Of a DNA stretch of 64,000 bases, positions 38,524 to 48,631 are shown in pieces. The DNA lies in assembly GCF_047121295.1 (NCBI RefSeq), contig NZ_CP139447.1, forward strand, positions 3,298,665 through 3,362,664, in the 5' to 3' direction. Made by a program: the position numbers and the translations under genes. The stretch comes from Longispora sp. K20-0274 (GTDB taxonomy: Bacteria > Actinomycetota > Actinomycetes > Mycobacteriales > Micromonosporaceae). The notes beneath the pieces are model-generated. The model ran no database searches, was not told where the DNA came from, and saw only the letters and a list, made by a program, of their open reading frames with translations. How positions within the stretch are numbered: position 1 is the stretch's first letter; each line of letters begins with the position of its first letter.

Positions 38524-40845
38524 ATGAAGTTCCGCAGTACTCGGGTGCGGACCAAGGTCGTGGCTCTGCTGCTCTCCCTCTTCGCACTGTGGGCGTTCGC
38601 CGCAGGTGTGACGTTGCGCGAGGGCCTCGGCCTCCTCGACCTCAGTACGCTCAGCACACAGCTGGGCACGCCCGCTGACGCGTTGGTCTCAGAGCTCCAA
38701 CAGGAGCGCAGGCTGTCCAGCGTGTACCTCGGCAACGCCGCTCCGGACAGCAGGTCAGCCCTGACCGCGCAGCGGACGCGGACCGATCAGGCCCGCAACA
38801 CGTTCACGCGGCTGGCCGGTGGCAGCGACGTGCGGAGCGTCGCCAACGACGCGCTGCGGCAGCGGCTCGACGAGGCGTTCCGCAGCCTCGACAGCCTGAA
38901 GTCCACCCGGGACGCGATCGACGCGGGGAGCATCGAGCGGGGCAAGGCGACCGCGGCCTTCGGTGACATCATCGCCGCCGGCTTCCGGATCTACGGCTCG
39001 ATGGCCAGCCTGGACGACCAGGAGATCGCCAAGGAGTCCCGGACCCTCATCGCCCTCAGCCACGCCCGTGAGGTGCTGAGCCAGGAGGACGCCCTGCTCG
39101 CCGGCGTGATCGCCGCGGGCAAGTTCGGCGCGGGCGAGCACGAGCAGTTCGTGGCTTTCAACGGCACCCAGCGCTTCCTGTACTCCGAGGCCGTCGCCGA
39201 GCTGCCCGCCGCGGACCGCGCCAAGTACGAGCACCTGACCGGCCTGAGCGCCCTTCGCATCCTGGAGGACCGGGTCATCGAGAAGGGGCGGGTGGGTGCC
39301 GCGCCCCCCGTGGACACCGCCGGCTGGAAGACCGCCACGGAGCAGGCCCTGTCCGACCTGCGGGCCCTGGAGCTGGAAGCCACGAAGGGCACCGTCGAGC
39401 GCTCCAAGCCGGCCGCCATGTGGGTCCTCATCCGGCTGGCCCTCGCCGGCGGCCTCGGCCTGATCGCCGTCATCGCCTCCATCGTCATCTCCATCACCAC
39501 CGCCCGGACCCTGGCGGCCCAGCTCACCCGGCTCCGCGAGGCCGCCTGGGAGCTGTCCACCACCCGGCTGCCGGGCGTGGTCGAGCGGCTCCGGCGCGGC
39601 GAGGAGGTGGACGTCTCCGTCGAGGCCCCGCCGCTGCCGTCCGGCGAGGACGAGATCGGCGCGCTCAGCCGGGCGTTCAACGCCGTGCAGCAGACCGCCA
39701 TCGAGACGGCCGTCGAGCAGGCGGCGCTGCGTCAGGGTGTCCGCGACGTGTTCCTCAGCCTCGCCCGCCGCACCCAGGCCCTCGTGCACCGCCAGCTCAA
39801 GCTCCTCGACGTGATGGAGCGGCGCGAGAAGAACAGCCCCGAGGAGCTGGCCGACCTGTTCCGGGTCGACCACCTGGCCACCCGGATGCGGCGCAACGCC
39901 GAGAACCTGATCGTCCTGTCGGGCGCCACCGCCGGCCGTGGCTGGCGCAACCCGGTCCCGCTGATGGACGTCGTGCGGGGCGCCCTCGCCGAGGTCGAGG
40001 ACTACGAGCGGGTCCGGGTGCTGCCCATCGGCCCGGTCGCCCTCACCGGCCGCGCGGTCGGCGACGTGATCCACCTGCTCGCCGAGCTGATCGAGAACGC
40101 CACCGCCTACTCCCCGCCGGACACCCCGGTGCAGGTCACCGGCCAGCGGGTCGCCAACGGTTTCGTCATCGAGGTCGAGGACCGTGGCCTGGGGGTCAGC
40201 CCCGAGGACATGGAAGCGGCCAACGAGCGGATGAAGAACCCGCCGGAGTTCAAGTTGTCCGGCAGCGCCCACCTCGGGCTGTACGTGGTCGGCAAGCTGG
40301 CCGGCCGGCACGACATCCAGGTCCGGCTCCGCGACTCGCCGTACGGCGGGACGACGGCGATCGTGCTGGTCCCCACGTCCCTCGTGGTGGACGGGCCCGA
40401 CGAGCCGGTCGCAGCGCCGCCGTCCGTGACCGACCCCGTGCGGATCCTGCCCGGGCCGCGCCCGGTGCGGACCCCGCACCGGACCCTGGAGGTCGTCCCC
40501 GCCCCGCGCGGGCCGATCCTGCCCGACCGGGGTCCCGAGCCGGACATCGATGTCCACCAGCAGCCCGACACCCCCGAATCCCAGGGAGGCGAGCCGGAGG
40601 TGCCAGAGTCCACACCGTCCGGGCTGCCCCGCCGGGTCCGCCAGGCCAGCCTGGCCGCCCCGCTGCGCGAGCAACCCGCGCCCGTCGCGACTCCGCCAGC
40701 GGAGCCGCCGGGCCGAGCGCCCGAAGAGATCCGCTCGATGATCGGCTCCTACCAACGGGCCACCCGCAGGGGTCGGCGCGAGGCGGACCAGGCGACATCG
40801 GAGTCCCCGGTCCCGCCCGCCGAGGTTGACCAGCCCACCAGTTAG
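38524..40845 (+). CDS. cvnA: Conservon sensor-kinase-like membrane protein (CvnA; nitrate/nitrite-sensing-like domain + HAMP + HATPase)
   Basis: TM-anchored N-terminal sensing region, a HAMP-like linker, a C-terminal HATPase (IENATAYSPP...VEDRGLGVS), and a Pro-rich tail. It is followed by cvnB, cvnC and cvnD in the canonical order. Confidence 0.8.
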   Translation: MKFRSTRVRTKVVALLLSLFALWAFAAGVTLREGLGLLDLSTLSTQLGTPADALVSELQQERRLSSVYLGNAAPDSRSALTAQRTRTDQARNTFTRLAGGSDVRSVANDALRQRLDEAFRSLDSLKSTRDAIDAGSIERGKATAAFGDIIAAGFRIYGSMASLDDQEIAKESRTLIALSHAREVLSQEDALLAGVIAAGKFGAGEHEQFVAFNGTQRFLYSEAVAELPAADRAKYEHLTGLSALRILEDRVIEKGRVGAAPPVDTAGWKTATEQALSDLRALELEATKGTVERSKPAAMWVLIRLALAGGLGLIAVIASIVISITTARTLAAQLTRLREAAWELSTTRLPGVVERLRRGEEVDVSVEAPPLPSGEDEIGALSRAFNAVQQTAIETAVEQAALRQGVRDVFLSLARRTQALVHRQLKLLDVMERREKNSPEELADLFRVDHLATRMRRNAENLIVLSGATAGRGWRNPVPLMDVVRGALAEVEDYERVRVLPIGPVALTGRAVGDVIHLLAELIENATAYSPPDTPVQVTGQRVANGFVIEVEDRGLGVSPEDMEAANERMKNPPEFKLSGSAHLGLYVVGKLAGRHDIQVRLRDSPYGGTTAIVLVPTSLVVDGPDEPVAAPPSVTDPVRILPGPRPVRTPHRTLEVVPAPRGPILPDRGPEPDIDVHQQPDTPESQGGEPEVPESTPSGLPRRVRQASLAAPLREQPAPVATPPAEPPGRAPEEIRSMIGSYQRATRRGRREADQATSESPVPPAEVDQPTS

Positions 40846-40885
40846 AACCACGCCCCGGGACCACCGGGGCCTCCTGGGGAGAGAC

Positions 40886-41305
40886 ATGGCACAGAAGACG
40901 AGTACGGTGCGGGATCTCGCCTGGCTGCTCGATGACCTGGTGGACCGGGTCGCGCATGCCCGGCAGGCGGCGGTGCTGTCGGCCGACGGCCTGCTGATCG
41001 CGGCGTCCAGTGGGCTCGACCGCGAGGACGCCGACCACCTCTCGGCCGTCGCGGCCGGGTTCCAGAGCCTGGCCCGGGGCGCCGGCCGGCACTTCGGTGG
41101 CGGCTCGGTGCGCCAGACCATCATCGAGATGGACTCGGCCTTCCTGTTCGTGATCGCCGCCGGGCACGGGGCGTGCCTGGCGGTCCTCGGGTCGGAGGAC
41201 GCCGACATCGGCCTCATCGCGTACGAGATGGCGATGCTCGTCGCCCGGGTCGGGCAGTACCTGGCCACCCCGTCGCGTACCTCCGTCATGGCTGCCGAGG
41301 TCTGA
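40886..41305 (+). CDS. cvnB: Roadblock/LC7 domain protein (CvnB)
   Basis: ~140 aa with the typical Roadblock pattern (...AAVLSADGLLIAAS...FLFVIAAGHGACLAVLG...). GGGGAGAG RBS lies upstream. Confidence 0.8.
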   Translation: MAQKTSTVRDLAWLLDDLVDRVAHARQAAVLSADGLLIAASSGLDREDADHLSAVAAGFQSLARGAGRHFGGGSVRQTIIEMDSAFLFVIAAGHGACLAVLGSEDADIGLIAYEMAMLVARVGQYLATPSRTSVMAAEV

Positions 41306-41307
41306 CC

Positions 41308-41661
41308 ATGAACGAATGGCTGGACGAGGATGCCGGGCCGGTCGTCCGCCCGTACGCCATGACCCGTGGCCGGACCCGCCCCTCCACGGGCGAGTTCGAC
41401 CTGATCGCCCTCGTCGTCTCCACCGGTGCGACGGCCGCCGGCCTCGAGCCGGAGCACACGGCGATCCTGGGCCTGTGCGACGCGCCCCTGTCGGTGGCCG
41501 AGATCTCGGCGCACCTGGACCTGCCGGTCGGCATCATCCGGGTGTTCCTGGGCGACCTGCTCACCGCCGGGCTGATCCAGGCCCGTGCGCCGCAGCCGGC
41601 GGCCGAGCTGCCGAGCAGGCGGACCCTCCTGGCGGTGATCGATGGTCTCCGTGCCCTCTGA
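41308..41661 (+). CDS. cvnC: DUF742 protein (CvnC)
   Basis: VRPYAMTRGRTRP...FDLIALV...LSVAEISAHLDLPVGIIRVFLGDLL is the characteristic DUF742 pattern. It starts 3 nt after the cvnB stop. Confidence 0.75.
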   Translation: MNEWLDEDAGPVVRPYAMTRGRTRPSTGEFDLIALVVSTGATAAGLEPEHTAILGLCDAPLSVAEISAHLDLPVGIIRVFLGDLLTAGLIQARAPQPAAELPSRRTLLAVIDGLRAL

Positions 41662-42223
41662 CGCCACCACGCTGCCCACCGCGATCAAGATCCTGGTCGC
41701 GGGCGGGTTCGGCGCGGGCAAGACGACCCTCGTCGGCGCGGTCAGCGAGATCAAGCCGCTGCGCACCGAGGAGACCATCACCGAGGAGAGCGTCGGCATC
41801 GACGACCTGTCCGGGGTGGAACGCAAGGAGACCACGACGGTCGCCATGGACTTCGGCCGGATCACGATCAACCCGGAGCTGGTGCTGTACCTGTTCGGCA
41901 CCCCCGGCCAGGACCGGTTCTGGTTCGTCTGGGACGAGCTCGCGCTCGGCGCCGTCGGTGCCGTCGTGCTGGCCGACACCCGCCGGCTGCCCGGCTGCTT
42001 CCCGTCGATCGACTACTTCGAACGCCGGGGCACCCCGTTCATCGTCGCCGTGAACTGCTTCGACGGCGCCGACCGGCACGACCCGGCCGAGGTGCGCGCG
42101 GCGCTGGACCTGGACCCGGAGGTGCCGGTCGTGCTGTGCGACGCCCGGGTCCGCGCGTCCAGCAAGGAGGTCCTGATCACGCTGGTCGAGCACGTGGTGA
42201 ACTCCACCCCGGCCTACGCGTAG
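41642..42223 (+). CDS. cvnD: ATP/GTP-binding protein, small Ras-like GTPase (CvnD)
   Basis: P-loop GGFGAGKTT, DTPGQ, and NCFD (NKxD-like) motifs. Overlaps the cvnC end. Confidence 0.8.
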   Translation: MVSVPSDATTLPTAIKILVAGGFGAGKTTLVGAVSEIKPLRTEETITEESVGIDDLSGVERKETTTVAMDFGRITINPELVLYLFGTPGQDRFWFVWDELALGAVGAVVLADTRRLPGCFPSIDYFERRGTPFIVAVNCFDGADRHDPAEVRAALDLDPEVPVVLCDARVRASSKEVLITLVEHVVNSTPAYA

Positions 42224-42237
42224 AGCGCCGCCGGCTC

Positions 42238-43134
42238 CTAGCGGTCGGCCAGGAAGTCCAGCACCGCCCCGGCGACGGTTCCGGGCGCCTCCACGTGCGC
42301 GAGGTGCCCGACCGTGTCGAGGATCAGCAGTCGGCTGTCCGGGATCGCCGCGGCGACCCGGGGCGCGACCCGGATGTCGATCAGCCGGTCCCGCCGGCCG
42401 GCGATGACCATCGTCGGAGCGGTCACGCCGGCGGCGGTCCGCCACAGTGAGCCCCCGCCCGGCAGCGGCGCGCGGAGGAACGCGCCCACCAGGTCGCGGA
42501 AGGTCCGGACGGTGGCGGCCGGGTACCAGGGCAGCGACTGGCGTCGGCGCACCTCGTCCGCGACCCGGGCGACCCGCTCCTCGGTGATCAGCGTCGGGTC
42601 GCCGTAGCACCGGCGCAGGTTGTCCCGGGCCACCTCGGTCGGGTCCAGCCCGGACAGGTACCGCGCGGACAGGACGTCCACCCACGGCACCAGCAACAGC
42701 GGCAGCAGCCGGGAGTGCTCCGACCAGCGCGGATCGGTGAACGGCATCGCCGGCGAGATCAGCGTGAGACTGCGGACCAGGTCGGGCCGGCGCGCGGCGA
42801 CCACGATCGACACCGTCCCGCCGTGCGAGTTGCCGAACAGGTGCACGGGCCCCCGCCCGGACTCCTCCAACCAGCGGATCGTCCGGTCGGCGCAGGCGGT
42901 GACCCCGTACCGTCGGCCGGGTTCGCTGCGCCCGAAGCCGGGCAGGTCGATGGCCTGGGCGGACAGCCGGGACGTCAGGAGCGGCGCGAGGTCCGCCCAG
43001 TCCAGGCCCGAACCGCCGAGGCCGTGCACGTACAGGGCCGGCTCGGCGTCCGGGTCGTCGCCGGGGATGTCCCGGACGTGGGTGATCAGGCCGTCGAGGG
43101 CGACCGCCCGGCCGGGTGGGAGGCGTGTGGTCAT
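42238..43134 (-). CDS. Alpha/beta-fold hydrolase
   Basis: HGLGGSG oxyanion region, GNSHGG nucleophile elbow, and a C-terminal His (VGHLAHVE). Confidence 0.7.
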   Translation of the reverse strand: MTTRLPPGRAVALDGLITHVRDIPGDDPDAEPALYVHGLGGSGLDWADLAPLLTSRLSAQAIDLPGFGRSEPGRRYGVTACADRTIRWLEESGRGPVHLFGNSHGGTVSIVVAARRPDLVRSLTLISPAMPFTDPRWSEHSRLLPLLLVPWVDVLSARYLSGLDPTEVARDNLRRCYGDPTLITEERVARVADEVRRRQSLPWYPAATVRTFRDLVGAFLRAPLPGGGSLWRTAAGVTAPTMVIAGRRDRLIDIRVAPRVAAAIPDSRLLILDTVGHLAHVEAPGTVAGAVLDFLADR

Positions 43135-43437
43135 CGCCCCAGCGTGCCACGTGCGAGCGGAGGCCACACCCGCCAGATCAACCCCTTCCTTTCCGGTTAC
43201 GGCGACACCTGCCCCGGTCTCCGTCAGCCGCCGGGGCACACGGCCCGGCGGCGCACCCGGACCGGCGCCGTCGGCCGGATCCGGGTTCGACCCCACGGTC
43301 CGCTTCGCCAGCTTCGACGCGGACGGCCTCACCCGGCTCTACCGCGTCGTCACCGTCCTGGGTGCCGTGCCGACCAGCCCGACGGAGGCCCCGGACGTGT
43401 CGGCGTGGACGGACAACCCGGTCCGCCAGCGTCCCGC

Positions 43438-44577
43438 CTAGTGGTGGAAGAGGCGCAGGCCGGTGCGGGACAGGGTGATGCCGTGTTCCCGGCAGGCGGC
43501 CTCGACCTCGGCCGACCGCGCCGACCCGCCAGGCTCGGCGATGTACCGCACGCCGTGTCGGTGGGCGTGGTCCACGTTGTCCCGGAAGGGCAGCGCCCCG
43601 TCGGAGACGAACGCGACGCCGCGCCGCAGGGCGAGCCAGGCCCCGCGGTCGGCGGCCGGGAACCCGGGCGCGGGGGTGGCCAGCGCCGCCGCGAGCCGGG
43701 CGGACTCGTCCGGGGTGAGGTCGTCCTCCAGGTACCGGACCTGCCAGTTCAGCCGGTCCTGTCGGCGCACGCCCGGCCGGAAGTCCAGCGCCCGGACGGC
43801 CGGGTGCCGGCGCAGCCACCAGGTGTCGGCCTTCGCGCCGGCCAGCCGGGTGCAGTCCACCCGGGACTGCTGGCCGGCCCCGATCCCGAGGGTCGCCCCG
43901 TCGCGCAGGTAGCAGACGGAGTTGGACTGGGTGTGCCGGAGCACGACCAGTCCCAGCAGCAGGTCCTCGGCGGCGCCCGGTGGCAGGTCGGCGTCGCCGA
44001 GCAGCGCGGCCGTCAGCGGCGCGGCGTCGCGGTCCTCGGTGAGTCGCAGCCCGAAGATCTCCCGGCTCTCCCGGGCCGGGGGCGTGAACGCCGGGTCGGC
44101 CTCCAGCACCAGGAAGCGGCCGTTCTTCTTCGCGGCGAGCGTCGCGACGGTACCGGGCGCGTAGCCGGGGGCGATGATCCCGTCGCAGACGACGCGGCCG
44201 AGCAGGTCGGCGAGTTCGGCGTCCACCGGGTGCGAGACGGCGGCGAGGTCGCCGTAGGAGGACTTGGGGTCGGCGTCGCGGGCTCGCGCGTACGCGCTGG
44301 TGAGCGGGCCGCACCCCGCGATGCCGTACAACTCGGCCGCCACCTCGTCGACGGGGCCGGCGACGGCCGCACCGGCGGGGGAGACGTGTTTGTAGGACGC
44401 GGCGGCCGGCCGGCCGAGGGCCGTCGCCGCCTCCCGGACGAGCTGCCAGCCGTGCAGCGCGTCGAGCAGGTTGATGGTCGACGGGTGCCCGTGCAGCACC
44501 CGGACCGGCCACCGGCCGGGTGCGGTGGGGGTGATCGTGGCCGCCTGGTGCGGGTTGGTGCCGTAGCGCAGATCCAT
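43438..44577 (-). CDS. AICAR transformylase (PurH C-terminal AICARFT domain only; no MGS/IMP-cyclohydrolase domain)
   Basis: Conserved AICARFT segments (...SNSVCYL..., ...GSARSAEVEAACREHGI...). At ~379 aa it is much shorter than bifunctional PurH. Confidence 0.65.
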   Translation of the reverse strand: MDLRYGTNPHQAATITPTAPGRWPVRVLHGHPSTINLLDALHGWQLVREAATALGRPAAASYKHVSPAGAAVAGPVDEVAAELYGIAGCGPLTSAYARARDADPKSSYGDLAAVSHPVDAELADLLGRVVCDGIIAPGYAPGTVATLAAKKNGRFLVLEADPAFTPPARESREIFGLRLTEDRDAAPLTAALLGDADLPPGAAEDLLLGLVVLRHTQSNSVCYLRDGATLGIGAGQQSRVDCTRLAGAKADTWWLRRHPAVRALDFRPGVRRQDRLNWQVRYLEDDLTPDESARLAAALATPAPGFPAADRGAWLALRRGVAFVSDGALPFRDNVDHAHRHGVRYIAEPGGSARSAEVEAACREHGITLSRTGLRLFHH

Positions 44578-44692
44578 CCTGGCCTCCTCAGCGTGGTCAC
44601 TGACGGGAGGCGCCCAGGCGGTCGACGCTCACGCGGTGCGACGGCCGCTCCCCGGTGGTCGTCCACCTTCGCCAGTCGCGGCCGACCTCATG

Positions 44693-46207
44693 TTAACGCC
44701 CCCGGGTGCGGGCCTTCATCTGGTACATCGCCCTGTCCGCCCGGTCGATCGCGCACGTCAGCCCGGTCTCGGTGAGGTGCGCCCACCCGATGGCGAGGTT
44801 CAACGCGCTGTCCGGGACGAGGGAGTTCCAGTCCTCGGCGGCGACCGCCTCGTGGATCCGGCCGCCGGTCGCCCGCGCGCCGGACAGGTCGACGCCCGGC
44901 AGGACGAGGACGAACTCGTCGCCGCCGTACCGGGCGGCGAAGCCGTGGCCGACCTCCCGGGTGAGCACCCCGGCGAGGCGTTGCAGGACGAGGTCGCCGG
45001 CGAGGTGGCCGTACCGGTCGTTGACGGCCTTGAAGCCGTTGAGGTCGGCGACGCCGACGACGGCCGGGGTGTCGACGGCGAGCAGCCCGGTGACGTACTC
45101 GTGCAGCCCGCGCCGGTTCGGCAGCCCGGTCAGCGGGTCGGTGAGCGCGGCGTCGGCGTACCGGTCGGCGACCCGGCGCAGGTTCTCGTGGTCGATCCGG
45201 GCGGCGACCCCGTCGACGAACAGCGCCGACAGCGGGTCGAGGGCGAGGTGCACCGCCCGGCTGGCCGCGCGTTCGGCGGCGATCGCCAGGGGCAGCCGGC
45301 CGGCGAGGGAGTGCGCGAGGGCGCCCAGCCGGTGCACCTCGGCCACGCCGAAGGTCGCGTGGTGCACGGGGGCGGTGTCGAGCAGGGCGAGGGCGGCGTC
45401 GCCGTTCCCGGCGGCCAGGGCGGCGCAGACCGGGGTGAGGGCGCGGATGGTGCGCTCGTCCACGTCGTGGCCGACGCCGTCGAGCAGCCCGCCGAGGTCC
45501 GGCACGCCGGGGCAGCCGAGCGCGGCCAGCCGGGCGGCGGCGTACGCGATGTGCGCCCGGTCCACCGACCAGGCCGGGGCCGGGCCGCGACCGAAGTCGT
45601 CGACGACCTGGCGGAGCAGGCGGACGGCGGTGGCGGTGTCGCCCCGGTGGTCGACGGCGACGGCGTGCCGGACCCTGATCTGCGCCCCGGTCTCCTCGTC
45701 GCTGAGCCCGAGCAGGGAGTACAGCGCGTTGGCCCGTTCGACGGCGTCGAGCGCCTGGTCGTGCAGGCCGGCCTGGGAGCAGCCGAGCGCGAGGTCGTAC
45801 CAGGCGTCGGCCGCGCCCACCCAGTCCGGCGCGGTGACGAGATGCCGGCGGCTGTACTCGAAGTGCCGCACGCAGCGTTCCAGCGCGCCGTGCAGGCAGG
45901 CGACGGAGCCGGCGATGGCGTGCAGCTCCCCGGCGACGGTGGCGTCGTCCACCTCGTCGAGCAGGGCGAACGCGCGGTCGAGCACCGGCGCGTACCCGGT
46001 GAGGTCCGCGACGTTGAGCATCGCGCCGAGTTCGAACGCCAGCGCCTGGGCGACGATGACAGGGGCGGAGGCCCGGGCGGCGATCCGCCGGGCCTCGGCG
46101 AGGGCCGCGTCGGAGCGGCCCTGTTGCATCAGCGCGCGCAGCCGGCCGTAGACCGCATGGTGGTCATGCGGTCCTTCGGCGGATTCGTCCTCGTGCACCG
46201 CATCCAT
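44693..46207 (-). CDS. GGDEF-domain diguanylate cyclase with N-terminal helical (TPR-like) region
   Basis: RYGGDEF active-site motif, and LTGLPNRR at the start of the GGDEF domain. Confidence 0.75.
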   Translation of the reverse strand: MDAVHEDESAEGPHDHHAVYGRLRALMQQGRSDAALAEARRIAARASAPVIVAQALAFELGAMLNVADLTGYAPVLDRAFALLDEVDDATVAGELHAIAGSVACLHGALERCVRHFEYSRRHLVTAPDWVGAADAWYDLALGCSQAGLHDQALDAVERANALYSLLGLSDEETGAQIRVRHAVAVDHRGDTATAVRLLRQVVDDFGRGPAPAWSVDRAHIAYAAARLAALGCPGVPDLGGLLDGVGHDVDERTIRALTPVCAALAAGNGDAALALLDTAPVHHATFGVAEVHRLGALAHSLAGRLPLAIAAERAASRAVHLALDPLSALFVDGVAARIDHENLRRVADRYADAALTDPLTGLPNRRGLHEYVTGLLAVDTPAVVGVADLNGFKAVNDRYGHLAGDLVLQRLAGVLTREVGHGFAARYGGDEFVLVLPGVDLSGARATGGRIHEAVAAEDWNSLVPDSALNLAIGWAHLTETGLTCAIDRADRAMYQMKARTRGR

Positions 46208-46564
46208 ATACCACAGCGGATGCGGTCCGGCGTCCTCATCGGACGGGGTGCGCGGCCCGACCCACGTGGGCGGCGGCGACGGCGCGGTCGCCGACCCGGT
46301 CCTCGGAGGCGGGGTCGAGGGCCGCGAGGTCGGCGTCGATCCGCTCGGCGTCGCGGTCGGTGACGGCGGGCCCACTGCCGGCGAGCCGGGGGAGCGGGCG
46401 GGTGACGCGGTTGTGCTGGGCCTGGAGGGCGTAGCCGACGAGGGCCAGAAGGGCGAGGCTGACGAGTACGGTGCTCATGGCTCTAAGTATTCGCCCATCA
46501 ATTTCCCGCCAACAGTGGCAGGATTGCCGTTGTGCATCAAAATCCTGCCAGCTAGGCTGGGGGC

Positions 46565-47518
46565 ATGTTGAGGACCATCGCAGTCGTGATCATGGACGGG
46601 GTCGCGCCGTTCGAGCTCGGCCTGTTGTGCGAGGTCTTCGGCGTCGACCGCTCCGACGACGGCGTGCCGAGGTTCGACTTCCGGGTGTGCGGCGAGCGGG
46701 CCGGCGAGCCGCTGCGCTCCGGGGTGGGCATGCTCGTCACCCCCGAGCACGGGCTCGACGCGCTCGCCGGCGCGGACCTGGTCGCGGTCCCCGCACACGG
46801 CATCATCGACGACTACCCGCCCGCCGTGCTGGCCGCGCTGCGCGCCGCCGCCGACCGGGGCACCACCCTGGTGTCGGTGTGCAGCGGGGTGTTCGTCCTG
46901 GGCGCCGCCGGCCTGCTCGACGACCGGCCGTGCACCACGCACTGGCGGCACGCGGAGGAGTTGGCCCGCCGGTTCCCGGCCGCCAAGGTCGACGCCGACG
47001 TGCTGTTCGTCGACGACGGCACCCTGGTCACCAGCGCCGGCACGGCGTCGGGCATCGACGCCTGCCTGCACGTCGTCCGCCGCGAGCTCGGCTCCGGGGT
47101 GGCCAACGCCATCGCCCGGCGGATGGTCGTCGCGCCGCAGCGCGAGGGCGGCCAGCGCCAGTTCGTGGAGCTGGCCATCCCCGAGTGCACCGGCGACAGC
47201 CTCCAGCCCCTGCTGGCCTGGATGCTGGAGCACCTGGACACCGAGCACTCCGTGGCCGACCTCGCGCACCGGGCGATGATGTCCGAGCGCACCTTCGCCC
47301 GCCGGTTCGCGGCCGAGACGGGCACCACCCCGGGGCGGTGGATGGCGTTGCAGCGGGTGCTGCACGCCCGCCGGCTGCTGGAGGAGACCCAGCTGTCCGT
47401 CGAGGAGGTCGCGCACGTCTGCGGCTTCGGCACCGCCGCGCTGCTCCGGCACCACTTCCACAAGATCGTCGGGGTGGCGCCGAAGGACTACCGGCGCTCG
47501 TTCGCCAGCACGCCGTAG
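46565..47518 (+). CDS. GlxA-family transcriptional regulator (DJ-1/PfpI domain + AraC-type HTH)
   Basis: N-terminal class I glutamine-amidotransferase-like domain (...VSVCSGVF...) and two C-terminal AraC HTH helices. Confidence 0.8.
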   Translation: MLRTIAVVIMDGVAPFELGLLCEVFGVDRSDDGVPRFDFRVCGERAGEPLRSGVGMLVTPEHGLDALAGADLVAVPAHGIIDDYPPAVLAALRAAADRGTTLVSVCSGVFVLGAAGLLDDRPCTTHWRHAEELARRFPAAKVDADVLFVDDGTLVTSAGTASGIDACLHVVRRELGSGVANAIARRMVVAPQREGGQRQFVELAIPECTGDSLQPLLAWMLEHLDTEHSVADLAHRAMMSERTFARRFAAETGTTPGRWMALQRVLHARRLLEETQLSVEEVAHVCGFGTAALLRHHFHKIVGVAPKDYRRSFASTP

Positions 47519-48534
47519 GCCACCAGGCAGTGCCAGAGCTGCTTGACGTACTGCAGGGTCTCCGCCCGGGTGCCCCACTCCGCCCACAGGTCCGGGTCCG
47601 TGACCACGGACCGGGCCGCGTGGCCGAGCACGGCGGCGTCGAGCACGCCGGACGGTGCGTGGTCGCCGAGGATCCGCGCGGCCAGGGGCCGCATCACCGG
47701 ACCCCGGAATTCGACGGGTACCTCGTCCGCCGTCAACGTGAAGCCGCCGTGCCACTCGACCCCGATCCCGCACCGGTCGGCCAGCACGACCAGGAGCTTC
47801 CCGGTCTCCGTGCCGTCGAACGACGGGTCGAGCACCAGTGCCTCGGCGTCGGCGGCCAGGTCGACGGGCCCGTGCACCTGGGCCTCCACGTAGTCGTCCA
47901 GCGCCCTGCCGGGCGCCTGCGCGGGGTCGACGCCGGACCGCGCGGGCAGGGCCAGCAGGTGGGCCACCGGGTCCACGCCCGGCACGCCCAGCATGGCCTC
48001 CGTCGCGCCCCCGACCAGCCCGGCCAGGACGTCCTCGAACGCGTCGATCGTGCCCAGGTCCGTCGGCCCCGTATGGCTGTCTCCGTGGCAGAACGTGGCC
48101 CGCTCCGACACCGCCGCCCGCAGCCGGACGTGGCACGAGCCGAACCGGGGCGCGGCCCCGTCCGGGTGCCCCATCAGGTCCAGCGCGCCGTAGGTCGGCC
48201 GGTCCGCCACGCGGACGCCCGGGGCCTGGTACGCCCCGCCGAACAGCCGCTCCTCCCAGCGGTCGCGGTCGCCCCCGGGATACGCCGTCAGGCCGCCGTT
48301 GGACACCCCGGTCTCGAACTGGCTGCGGTACCGGCCGTCAGACGCCAGCCCCTCGGCCACGGTCCGCCCGTCGGCGAGCAGCCGGTCGGGGTGGAAGTTG
48401 AGCGTGATCCGGCCGTGGGCGCGGACGGCTGCGAGCAGCGCGGCGGAGTCGGGGAGCGCGCGGTCGCGGCGGACGGTGGAGCGGACGTGGTCGAGGGCCG
48501 CGCGCTGGGCGGCGGTCAGTGGGGTGGGCTGCAC
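47488..48534 (-). CDS. DUF3626 domain protein (unknown function); last gene of the minus-strand lanthipeptide operon
   Basis: Conserved DUF3626-like core (...RITLNFHPDR..., GGAYQAPG...). A GTG at 48534 was chosen; an upstream ATG at 48699 would add a Pro-rich low-complexity extension. Confidence 0.5.
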   Translation of the reverse strand: MQPTPLTAAQRAALDHVRSTVRRDRALPDSAALLAAVRAHGRITLNFHPDRLLADGRTVAEGLASDGRYRSQFETGVSNGGLTAYPGGDRDRWEERLFGGAYQAPGVRVADRPTYGALDLMGHPDGAAPRFGSCHVRLRAAVSERATFCHGDSHTGPTDLGTIDAFEDVLAGLVGGATEAMLGVPGVDPVAHLLALPARSGVDPAQAPGRALDDYVEAQVHGPVDLAADAEALVLDPSFDGTETGKLLVVLADRCGIGVEWHGGFTLTADEVPVEFRGPVMRPLAARILGDHAPSGVLDAAVLGHAARSVVTDPDLWAEWGTRAETLQYVKQLWHCLVAYGVLANERR

Positions 48535-48631
48535 CCGGGAAGTATCGGCGCGGTCCGGTACCCCCGGCAATCGGTTTGTCCGCCGCCCCCCCGGAGCGGG
48601 CAGGGGCGGCCGCCCGCGGCCGGTGGACGGT

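Noticed and set aside
38755-41979. 1074-aa minus-strand ORF antisense to the cvn operon
   Set aside because: Low-complexity translation opposite four well-supported conservon genes.
46236-46478. 80-aa minus-strand ORF upstream of the GGDEF gene (MSTVLVSLALLALVGYALQ...)
   Set aside because: The start is hydrophobic, but there is no RBS or conservation evidence, and it may simply be 5'-UTR. It was left unannotated.
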